NCBI GenBank assembly: GCA_963791725.1
Contig: CAWBTQ010000008.1
Span: 360,359 to 424,358 of the forward strand
Direction of reading: 5' to 3'
From: an uncultured Chloroflexia bacterium
Lineage (GTDB): Bacteria; Chloroflexota; Limnocylindria; Limnocylindrales; CSP1-4
Length of the DNA stretch: 64,000 bases
Numbering within the stretch: the first letter of the stretch is position 1; every line of letters starts with the position of its first letter. Below, in pieces: positions 37,421-45,243 of this stretch. A model generated the notes under the pieces. That model was not told the origin of the DNA and searched no databases. It was given only the letters and a program-made list of their open reading frames with translations. The translations under genes and the position numbers were made by a program.

Positions 37421-37544
37421 ATGGTGCGCGACAAGTACGCGCCGGCGTGGTGGACACTAGCCGACGCGGCGGGCAACGAGGCCGACATCGCCACCACGAT
37501 GGGCCGCGAATAGGTCGGAAAGTCTCGAATCGCGTAGGGAAGAA

Positions 37545-39242
37545 CTAGAGGGCCCGGACGGTGGCTCCACCATCGACCAGCACCCCTCCCTCGCTTCCTC
37601 CAAGGACTTCGTTGTGGTCGAGCGTGGCAGTTGCGCCATCGGCCACCCAGATGCCCGGGCGGCGGGAGTTCTCGACGGTGTTGCGCTCGATCACTGCAGA
37701 CACCCCGGGATCAGAGACCGTGATGGCGCCTCCCCCGTTACCGGACAGCCGGTTCGCGATGATCTCAGCCGACGCGCCGTCGTGGACATAGATTTCTTCA
37801 CTGGCATTGTCCCGAAGGGTGTTCTCGCGTAGAACGGCGTGGGTGCCCGCTCCCACGACCGTGATCGCCGGTTGGTCGTTCTTCCATATCTCGTTGCCCT
37901 CAAGGAGGGCTTCGGCGCCCGCGTGGATGGCGATCCCGTTGCTCCGGTTGTCGTGGACACGGTTGCGCAGCGCCTCGATGTGGCCGCCCATGGTCACGAT
38001 GCCGGGGTACGCATTCTCGAAGACGTCGTTCCCATCCAGAACTGCCTTTGCATCGGCGGCGATCGAAATGCCTGTTCCGCGGTTCCCGTACACACTGACC
38101 CCGCGCAGGACGAGGTCGGTGCCTGTCTTTTCCACAAAGACGCCCCCGTTTGCGCCACTGACCTCACCACCATCTGCCACGAGCCTCGCTCCGCCGCTGG
38201 CGAACAGCCCGAACTTCGCGGCGTCGCTCACCAGGCAGTCCCGCAAATCGAGCCTTGTCCCCTGTCCTACCGCCCGGACCCCGCAAGTTCCGCCGACGAT
38301 CGCGACCCCGGCAACCTTCGCGACGGCCCCTTCCGCCACGGCGAGACCGGTCTCGCTGGCCTCCAGACGCCCCCCCGAGACGTCTACGAAAGTGTCCGGA
38401 TCACCGGCGAAGATACCGACCACCGACGCCCGCACCACGTTGCCATTGCCCACGAACCGGCCGCCACCCCCGACCAGAACCCCCGCATCCGGGCATCCGC
38501 TGATCCTGCTCGCTCGAAGCTCGGCCGTCGACCCCTGATCGGCGACGAAAACGCCGACGCGTGTGTTCGCGAATTCGCATTTCTCGACGAGCGCTGCCCC
38601 GCCTTTGTCGACGTAGACCGGCTGTCCCCGACTGTCGCGGAAGGCGCAGCGTCGAATCTCTGCGCTGCTGGCTCGGCTTACCCAGAGGGCGTCGGAGATC
38701 CATTCCGAGAATTCACAGTCCTCGATCAAGCCCGTGGCACCACCGACGACCGCGATGCCCCCTGTAACGCGATGAACGCGGCTGCGGCGCACTTCAACAC
38801 GGGTGTCGGGCTTTCCCGTCATGATCGCGAAGCCGCTGGCGGCCGAGATCGAGCAGTCCTCGATCTGGAGCCGGCCCGCCCGAAGCTCGATCACAGCGAC
38901 CTTCGGCTCCCTCGTCGGCGGAATGGGCTCAGCCGCAGTTCCGCGGCCGACGAGACGTCCTAGCCCTCCCGCTTTCGGCTGGCCTTGCCATACCGTGAAA
39001 CCGCGAACGGTTACCGATCCCGCCGCCGTGACGCAGGTGCCGGTCCCCACGATCCGGACGGACCCTGGCGCTCCGTCGGCCACGAGCTCGAGATCGCGGT
39101 CGATAGCGACCAGTTCCTCATAGGTCCCGGGCCGGACGAGGATGCGACCGCCCGGTGCCGCCGCGGCGATCGCACTCGAGATCGTCCTGTGATCGGCCTG
39201 CCCAGTCTGGGCCACAACAGTCGTGACGACGCTGACGCCCAT
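37545..39242 (-). CDS. right-handed parallel beta-helix repeat protein (pectate-lyase/NosD-like fold), no obvious signal peptide
   Basis: A 565-aa protein with a characteristic start (...TISSAIAAAAPGGRILVRPGTYEE...), then more than 15 degenerate beta-helix repeats rich in G/N/V/D (...GNDVFENAYPGIVT...NRSNGIAIHAG...). Confidence 0.75.
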   Translation of the reverse strand: MGVSVVTTVVAQTGQADHRTISSAIAAAAPGGRILVRPGTYEELVAIDRDLELVADGAPGSVRIVGTGTCVTAAGSVTVRGFTVWQGQPKAGGLGRLVGRGTAAEPIPPTREPKVAVIELRAGRLQIEDCSISAASGFAIMTGKPDTRVEVRRSRVHRVTGGIAVVGGATGLIEDCEFSEWISDALWVSRASSAEIRRCAFRDSRGQPVYVDKGGAALVEKCEFANTRVGVFVADQGSTAELRASRISGCPDAGVLVGGGGRFVGNGNVVRASVVGIFAGDPDTFVDVSGGRLEASETGLAVAEGAVAKVAGVAIVGGTCGVRAVGQGTRLDLRDCLVSDAAKFGLFASGGARLVADGGEVSGANGGVFVEKTGTDLVLRGVSVYGNRGTGISIAADAKAVLDGNDVFENAYPGIVTMGGHIEALRNRVHDNRSNGIAIHAGAEALLEGNEIWKNDQPAITVVGAGTHAVLRENTLRDNASEEIYVHDGASAEIIANRLSGNGGGAITVSDPGVSAVIERNTVENSRRPGIWVADGATATLDHNEVLGGSEGGVLVDGGATVRAL

Positions 39243-39267
39243 GCGCTCGGCTCCTCATCTCGTAGAC

Positions 39268-39330
39268 CCGTCTCGGGCCGTGACGAGCCAATTCTACGGG
39301 CTGCCCACACCTTCGGGCAGGCTCCGAGAC
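39268..39330. other. nested inverted repeat / hairpin (GTCTCGG...CTGCCC-N8-GGGCAG...CCGAGAC) between the transglycosylase-protein stop and the beta-helix gene start
   Basis: The outer 7-bp and inner 6-bp arms are perfectly complementary. Could terminate the upstream minus-strand gene or act as an operator for the beta-helix gene. Confidence 0.35.
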
Positions 39331-39423
39331 CGTCCGACATGTCGACTTGTCGTTTCGCCCTCGAACGCGCCGAGCCACGTGGATAGTCGTCGGCCGCGCG
39401 CAACAACAGCGCCGGTCGGGTGA

Positions 39424-40452
39424 TTAGTACCAGCCGACTCCGTTGCGGAACGCCAGAGCGGCACATGGCGATCCATAGCGGCCGATCATGTAGTCGACGC
39501 CCCACTCCGCCTGAGCCACCGGGTTATCCCGCCACGCTCGATACAGCCAGGCGGTTTCGGCATCGCCGGCCTTGCCCGCCGCCGCGGCCCTGGCCTCAGC
39601 CCAATTGGCCAGCTTGCTCGCCGGATTCGCCTGGGGCAGGCCGTAGGCGCCGCTGGTCTTGTTGACGGCGTGCGGATTCCATCGCGCCTCGTACTCGAAT
39701 ATCAGGCTGGCGCACTGAGACTGAGCCAGGCCCCAGCGCCTATCCACCCTCGTGCCCAATCGAGCGACCAGGTAATTCCTGGCGTCCTGGACCGTCGGAA
39801 TAGCCATCAACCCGACCGCAGATGCTGCCGCGAGGGGGGCGGCAGCCGGGATGGTCGATACCGGTTCCATCGCGATCACCACGGTGGACGAGGTAGCCTC
39901 CGGCGTCGGTTCCGGCGTCGGTTCCGGTGTCGGGCCCGAGGTCGCCGACGGCCGCTCGGTGATCGACGGAAGACTCGCCATCTGGGCCGTGTCGGCGGCG
40001 ACGATGGCTACCGGAGATCCACCGGCGGACAGACCACCGACGGGCACACGGTCGAGCGGCACGGCGCCGGCGGAGGCGGGTGGATTGACGGCCAGGGCCG
40101 AGCCGGCAACGACGACCGCGAGGAGAGCGGCGCATGCGCCGGCCTGCGAGATGCCCCGCAGGCGGTCGCCGAGAACGAGACTGCGGGCTTCAAGGCATCC
40201 GCGACCACGATACCGGGCAAGAGCCGCGAACTCCCCGTCGGGGATCGGGAATTCGATGCCCCACTGATCGAGCGCCTCGCGACGCTTCGGCGGCAACGTC
40301 GGGATCGAGAGGCGCCAGGCGGAAATGGCTCCGGTAAGGTTCGACGATGTCGGCGCCACAAACTCATAGGGATCATCGGGTAGCAGCGGGAATTGGATAC
40401 CCCATTGGTCAAGGGCATCGAGAGACGACCGCGAGGCCGCAGTTTGGCGCAT
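39424..40452 (-). CDS. membrane-anchored protein with N-terminal DQWGI(Q/E)FP tandem repeats, one TM helix, a TPEPTPEP linker and a C-terminal IsaA/SceD-like lytic transglycosylase domain
   Basis: Two N-terminal repeats (LDALDQWGIQFPLLPDDPYEF / REALDQWGIEFPIPDGEFAAL) conserved at the peptide level, with synonymous DNA differences. TM segment GACAALLAVVVAGSALA. C-terminus CASLIFEYEARWNPHAVNKTSGAYGLPQA...WGVDYMIGRYGSP resembles the SLT-like domain with a catalytic Glu. Confidence 0.65.
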   Translation of the reverse strand: MRQTAASRSSLDALDQWGIQFPLLPDDPYEFVAPTSSNLTGAISAWRLSIPTLPPKRREALDQWGIEFPIPDGEFAALARYRGRGCLEARSLVLGDRLRGISQAGACAALLAVVVAGSALAVNPPASAGAVPLDRVPVGGLSAGGSPVAIVAADTAQMASLPSITERPSATSGPTPEPTPEPTPEATSSTVVIAMEPVSTIPAAAPLAAASAVGLMAIPTVQDARNYLVARLGTRVDRRWGLAQSQCASLIFEYEARWNPHAVNKTSGAYGLPQANPASKLANWAEARAAAAGKAGDAETAWLYRAWRDNPVAQAEWGVDYMIGRYGSPCAALAFRNGVGWY

Positions 40453-40630
40453 GAACGGACTGTCGCGGAAACGCCGCCTGATTCAAACCGTACGAGCGGC
40501 GGATTCCCGGAGCGCCGGATGTACTGCCGCCGCCTGACTGTCGGCGGCTGACGGCAGCGCGTCAATCAGCCGCGTCGGTCATCTCGCGGAATTGCGCTCA
40601 TACAACCGTACCGCCCAACGTGAGCGAACG

Positions 40631-40664
40631 AAAAGGCGCCCGGGTTCAGGGCCCGGGCGCCTTT
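40631..40664 (-). terminator. strong bidirectional intrinsic terminator (13-bp perfect stem AAAGGCGCCCGGG/CCCGGGCGCCTTT, 7-nt loop, A/T runs on both sides)
   Basis: Lies 18 nt downstream of the secreted-protein gene stop (40682). aaaaGGCGCCCGGGttcagggCCCGGGCGCCtttg. Confidence 0.65.
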
Positions 40665-40681
40665 GCCGCAAGCGAACCAGG

Positions 40682-41164
40682 CTACCAGCCGGTAACGGCG
40701 AACCAGCGGTCCACGCCCGGCGCCGGAACCCCGGCGAAGAAGACCGCCGGCGCGAGGCAGGTCGACGGCATCGCGATCGGCTGGTCGAGCTGCGCGTCGC
40801 CGGCCGAGGAGAACGGAACGACGGAGGACATGGCAACCGGCGTCCCTGCGCAAGTCAGGATGGCCTGTCCTTCAGGGATGGGGTTGGTACCGGCATGGGG
40901 GCCGGTCGCCAGAACCAGGCCCTCAACCTGCACCTGCAAGCGCCCGCTCGCGGAGATCGAGGCCGAGCCGGCCCGGATCCGCCAGGGCAGGCCGCCAGCC
41001 TGGACACCGAAGAGCGTCTGGTTCACCTGCGCCGCGGGCAGTCCGGCCATCGACGATTGGAAGTGCGGCGCGCCGCCTGTATCCGCCAGGACTGAGAGCG
41101 ACGTGGCCGCGAGAAGGGCGCCGATAGCGATTGCGATGCCGGTCAGGCGAAGAGTCCGAAGCAT
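40682..41164 (-). CDS. small secreted protein with signal peptide, unknown function
   Basis: An internal ATG with AAGGAG 7 nt upstream gives MLRTLRLTGIAIAIGALLAATSLSVLA, a predicted Sec signal peptide, then a 130-aa Gly/Ala/Pro-rich domain ending ...RWFAVTGW. Confidence 0.6.
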   Translation of the reverse strand: MLRTLRLTGIAIAIGALLAATSLSVLADTGGAPHFQSSMAGLPAAQVNQTLFGVQAGGLPWRIRAGSASISASGRLQVQVEGLVLATGPHAGTNPIPEGQAILTCAGTPVAMSSVVPFSSAGDAQLDQPIAMPSTCLAPAVFFAGVPAPGVDRWFAVTGW

Positions 41165-41349
41165 GATCTTCTCCTTCAGTACGGTTACGGGACAGGCTAC
41201 GTAGCCGTAGAGGAGGCAGTTTCCGCTGCGAGTCTGGTCCCACGACGCGCGACCGGGAGCGGGCCAGGCTCGACGACGCCCTGCGGGCGCGTGTACCACG
41301 TGGCGACGCGACTCGGTTGCCGCCCGAAACGATCTGCCAGAGTTGAGGC

Positions 41350-42801
41350 ATGGGCGCGGACGATCCGCAGCGGATCTTCACCGGAATCGCGGCGTCGTAC
41401 GACCGCGTGGCGACGATCCTGTCGCTCGGGCAGGATCCGCGATGGAGGCGTGCCCTTGTCGATGCGATCGAGGCGCGGCCAACGGACCGGGTTCTGGATG
41501 TCGCGACGGGTACCGGAATGGTGGCCGCGGCGCTGCACGCGAGATACGGCTGCTCGGTCGTCGGCGTGGATCAGAGCGCGGACATGCTGCGCGTGGCCCG
41601 AACTCGAGACGGCGTCTACGAGAGCGTCGTCGAAGGGCGCGCCGAGGAGCTGCCGTTTCCGGACGCGTCCTTCGACCACCTGACGTTCACGTACCTGCTG
41701 CGGTACGTCGAAGACCCCGCCGCCACGCTGCGTGAGCTGGCTCGAGTCGTGAAGCCGGGTGGTCGCCTGGCGATGGTGGAGTTCGGCCTGCCGGGCGGCC
41801 TCTGGCGCCCGCTGTGGTGGCTGTACACGCGCCTCGGCCTTCCGGTCGCCGGTCGCCTGGTCTCCGCCAGGTGGTCGGCTGTGGGTGCGTTCCTCGGGCC
41901 GAGCATCGAGCGCTTCTACCACCGCCATCCGCTCTCGGCGATCGAGCGCTATTGGGCCGAGGCCGGCCTCGTCGACGTACGGACCAGCCGGCCGAGTCTC
42001 GGCGGCGGTGTCGTCATGAGCGCGACCAGGGCCGATGCCCCGGCGACGCCGGCGGGCGTCGAATCGGCGCCCTCCCCTGCTCCGTCGCCACTCTCACCGG
42101 CGTTCTACGCGGCGCGTGGCGGCGGCTGGCGCGATTACTGGACGCTCCTGCATCCGCCATACACCGTGTGGCATCTCTCGTACGTGCTCCTGGGTGCGGC
42201 GCTGGCGCCCTCGCCCGACCCGAAGATCGTCGCGGGCGCGCTGCTGGCCTTCGGGCTGGCCGTCGGGGTCGCCTCACACTCCTTTGACGAACTACAAGGG
42301 CGTCCCCTGCGCACGCGGATCCCGTCGCCGCTTCTGGTTGCTCTCGGCACGGTGGCGCTCTTCGTGGCCGTCGCGATCGGGCTTGCGGGCGCGACGATGT
42401 TCGGTCCGCTCTTCCTGGTGTTCGTGATCGCCGGCGCGGCGATCGTGGTCCTCTACGGGTTCGAAGCCCCGCTCGTGCACTCGGACGTCGGGTTCGCGGT
42501 CGGTTGGGGAGCGTTCCCCGTGGCGGCGACCGCTTACGCGACAGGCGCGCATCCGGTTCCAGCGATCCTGGCCGCATTTGCCGCCGCTCTGCTGAGTCTG
42601 GCGCAGCGGCGGCTCTCCACTCGGGCGCGCTCGATCCGTCGTCGGGCCGTCAGCGTGAGCGGCGAGATCGTCTTTGCGGACGGGTCGAGGGAGTCGATCG
42701 ACGCGCGCGCGCTCATCGGCGCGGCCGAAGGAGCGCTCTCCATCTTGTGGATCGCGGTCTTCGCGGCCTCGCTCGCGGTACTGCTCGCACACTGGCTCTG
42801 A
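41350..42801 (+). CDS. demethylmenaquinone/ubiquinone methyltransferase (UbiE/MenG, class I SAM MTase) fused to a C-terminal polytopic membrane domain of about 230 aa
   Basis: N-terminal 240 aa: ...YDRVATILSLGQDPRWR...VLDVATGTGMVA...LPFPDASFDHLTFTYLLRYVED...VKPGGRLAMVEF. C-terminal half: at least six predicted hydrophobic helices (YWTLLHPPYTVWHLSYVLLGAALAP...). One continuous ORF with no frameshift. Confidence 0.75.
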   Translation: MGADDPQRIFTGIAASYDRVATILSLGQDPRWRRALVDAIEARPTDRVLDVATGTGMVAAALHARYGCSVVGVDQSADMLRVARTRDGVYESVVEGRAEELPFPDASFDHLTFTYLLRYVEDPAATLRELARVVKPGGRLAMVEFGLPGGLWRPLWWLYTRLGLPVAGRLVSARWSAVGAFLGPSIERFYHRHPLSAIERYWAEAGLVDVRTSRPSLGGGVVMSATRADAPATPAGVESAPSPAPSPLSPAFYAARGGGWRDYWTLLHPPYTVWHLSYVLLGAALAPSPDPKIVAGALLAFGLAVGVASHSFDELQGRPLRTRIPSPLLVALGTVALFVAVAIGLAGATMFGPLFLVFVIAGAAIVVLYGFEAPLVHSDVGFAVGWGAFPVAATAYATGAHPVPAILAAFAAALLSLAQRRLSTRARSIRRRAVSVSGEIVFADGSRESIDARALIGAAEGALSILWIAVFAASLAVLLAHWL

Positions 42802-42881
42802 CGCGGGTCAGGCCGACCCGCGGTCCGAGAAGCTGCCGGCTCCCCGTCGCACGTGGTGCGTTGGGTAGGCCGACCCTCCGC

Positions 42882-43139
42882 TTAATACCTGGTGCGGCGA
42901 GGCTCTTCCTTCTTCACCGGACGGGGTTCGTGGCCCGGTCGCGGCGGGTGCGGGGCAGTTCCGGGAGCCATGTCCGGCTGTGGGGGCCGCGGTCCCCGAG
43001 CACGAGCTGCTTCTACCTCGAGCGCGAACGCTGCTGCGCGCTCCGGCGGAACTGCTCGCTCCCACTCGGCCGTGATCTGCTTGACCCGCACGTTCTCCGC
43101 CGCGCGCTGCTCGCGTTCGTGTCTCGATCTCTTCGTCAT
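42882..43139 (-). CDS. small highly charged hypothetical protein (85 aa)
   Basis: MTKRSRHEREQRAAENVRVKQITAEWERAVPPERAAAFALEVEAARA..., a sub-segment of track ORF 42882..43622. A GAGGA-like RBS lies upstream. Coding status uncertain. Confidence 0.25.
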   Translation of the reverse strand: MTKRSRHEREQRAAENVRVKQITAEWERAVPPERAAAFALEVEAARARGPRPPQPDMAPGTAPHPPRPGHEPRPVKKEEPRRTRY

Positions 43140-43252
43140 CTGATCCTCTTCTGGGATGCCCGGCATCTCCGCCGACCGGGGCGACCATCTTGCGCTAAAC
43201 GCCGGCGCCTGTCCTGGGTCGGCTGCACTGGACGCGACGGTGCTGCGCGCGG

Positions 43253-43555
43253 TCAATTCGGGCGCGGCGGGCCGACCAGCTCGTATGTGACCTTGAAATA
43301 GGTGATGCCGAGCGCCGGCCTCTCGTACTCGCGGGTGGAGGCAATCCGGTAACCGAGCTTCGCCATCGCGGTAGCGTCCTTCTCCATCTTCTCGAGCAGG
43401 CGATCCTGATAGACCGTCCGGGCGTTCATGTTTCGCCCGCTCAAGACGAAGAACGTCATGATCGGGTTTATCAGCCCCAGGAAGCTGTCGCGTCCGTACT
43501 CCTTGACGACCACGGGCTTCGGCCTGGGCTTTCCGAACGGACCCATCTCCTGCAC
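43253..43555 (-). CDS. hypothetical protein (100 aa) with one hydrophobic segment
   Basis: MQEMGPFGKPRPKPVVVKEYGRDSFLGLINPIMTFFVLSGRNMNARTVYQDRLLEKMEK...ITYFKVTYELV. Protein-like composition, no family recognised. Confidence 0.4.
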   Translation of the reverse strand: MQEMGPFGKPRPKPVVVKEYGRDSFLGLINPIMTFFVLSGRNMNARTVYQDRLLEKMEKDATAMAKLGYRIASTREYERPALGITYFKVTYELVGPPRPN

Positions 43556-43723
43556 CTGCCCTTGCTTGTGTGCCGCTTACTGCGTCCGCCGATCGGCGCC
43601 ACCCGGAGTGCACCTTGTGCAACGCATGCTACGCCCGGTCAGGGACTCGGCCGTCTCGTCCAAGATTCGCGGAGGCCGGCGACCGCCCGGTCTGAGCCAT
43701 TCGAGAGCGCAGGAGAGCGGAAC

Positions 43724-44284
43724 GTGGGCAAGCTGATCTACTTGATGAACGTGTCTCTCGACGGCTACGTCGAAACACCCGATCACTCACTCGATTGGAC
43801 GGAAGTCGACGAGGAGGTGCATACCTGGTTCACCGATCGCGGCCGAACGACGGACGCCTTCCTCTACGGTCGGCGGCTGTACGATGTGATGGCTGCCTAC
43901 TGGCCCCACGCAGAGTCCGAACCCTCGGTGACCCCCTACATGCTCGACTTCGCCCGGATGTGGAATGAGACGCCCAAGGTCGTCTTCTCGTCCACCCTCG
44001 CCTCCGTCGATTGGAACAGCCGGCTCGTACGCGGCGATGTCGGCGACGAGCTCGCACGGCTGCGGACCGAGTTCGACGGCGACCTCGCCGTCGGCGGCCC
44101 AACGCTGGCCTCGGAGTTCATCCGGCGGGGCCTGGTCGACGAATATCAACTGGTGGTCCACCCGGTGATCCTGGGGGCGGGCACGCCATTCTTCCCGACG
44201 CTCGAGCGTCCGATCAGACTCCGCCAGACGGAAACCCGGAAGTTCCGCTCCGGAGTGGTGTATCTGGGCTACGCCACGTCATAG
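43724..44284 (+). CDS. dihydrofolate reductase family protein (RibD C-terminal domain fold)
   Basis: A GTG with AGGAGA upstream gives VGKLIYLMNVSLDGYVE...GRRLYDVM...GDLAVGGPTLASEFIRRGLVDEYQLVVHPVILGAGTPFF. Confidence 0.8.
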   Translation: MGKLIYLMNVSLDGYVETPDHSLDWTEVDEEVHTWFTDRGRTTDAFLYGRRLYDVMAAYWPHAESEPSVTPYMLDFARMWNETPKVVFSSTLASVDWNSRLVRGDVGDELARLRTEFDGDLAVGGPTLASEFIRRGLVDEYQLVVHPVILGAGTPFFPTLERPIRLRQTETRKFRSGVVYLGYATS

Positions 44285-44294
44285 CGGGCTTGCC

Positions 44295-45128
44295 TCAGGG
44301 GATCCAGTTGAACTCGTCGGGGTTTGGGCCAGTGCGGTAGTCGCGATTGAGGGCCGAGATGGCCCGAATGTCTTCGTCCGTGAGCTCAAAGTCGAAGATG
44401 GCGAAGTTCTCGGCGACTCGCGCCGGGGTCACAGACTTCGGGAACACGATCTCGCCGCGCTGGATGTGCCAGCGGAGGGTGACCTGAGCGGGCGTATGGT
44501 GCAGCCGTTGCGCTATTCCGACGATCGTCGGATCGTCCAGAACCTGTCCCTTCGCGAGTGGCGACCAGGCCTCCGTGGCGATCCCATGGCCTCTGTCGAA
44601 CGTGCGCACGTCGTCCTGGATCAGGTACGGGTGGATCTCGACCTGATTGACCGCCGGCGTGACCGCCGTCTCCCGAGACAACCGCTCGAGGTGGTGCGGT
44701 TGGAAGTTCGAGACGCCGATAGCTCTGGCGCGTCCGGATCGATGGATCTCCTCGAGCGCCTTCCATGTCTCTACGAAGTCGCCGACGGCCGGAAGCGGCC
44801 AATGGATGAGGAAGAGATCGAGGTAGTCGAACTCCATGACTTCGAGCGAACGATCGAATGCCGCCAGTGCCTTGTCGTGGGCGTGGAAAGCGTTGTTGAG
44901 CTTGCTCGTCACGAAGACGTCGGCTCGATCGATGCCGGAATCCCGGAGCGCCTCGCCGACCTCGCGTTCGTTGCCGTACATCTCGGCCGTGTCGATGTGG
45001 CGGTAGCCGACCTTGAGCGCCTCGAGCGTCGCCGCCCTGGTCTCCTCGGGCTTGACCTGGAAGACGCCGAACCCGAGCTGCGGTATCTCGACGCCGTTGT
45101 TGAGCTTCACGATCGGAACTGCGGTCAC
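44295..45128 (-). CDS. aldo/keto reductase (2,5-diketo-D-gluconate reductase-like)
   Basis: ...LGFGVFQV...GYRHIDTAEMYGNE...SKLNN...LFLIHWP...IGVSNF... AKR catalytic tetrad context. Confidence 0.9.
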   Translation of the reverse strand: MTAVPIVKLNNGVEIPQLGFGVFQVKPEETRAATLEALKVGYRHIDTAEMYGNEREVGEALRDSGIDRADVFVTSKLNNAFHAHDKALAAFDRSLEVMEFDYLDLFLIHWPLPAVGDFVETWKALEEIHRSGRARAIGVSNFQPHHLERLSRETAVTPAVNQVEIHPYLIQDDVRTFDRGHGIATEAWSPLAKGQVLDDPTIVGIAQRLHHTPAQVTLRWHIQRGEIVFPKSVTPARVAENFAIFDFELTDEDIRAISALNRDYRTGPNPDEFNWIP

Positions 45129-45243
45129 TGCCCTTGGCCTCCTCTAGGACGGTCTCCGGACCAGTATGATCGGGTCGGGCCGGCAGCAGTCAGGACGCGG
45201 CCCAATGCAACGCCTTTAGGCAACCACGCGAGCGTGGCGCCGG

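Noticed and set aside
37286-37513. 75-aa ORF downstream of the DDAH-like gene
   Set aside because: It spans the 3 x 10-bp tandem repeat, which creates its RRPSEAVGGR run, and lacks an RBS. Treated as spacer.
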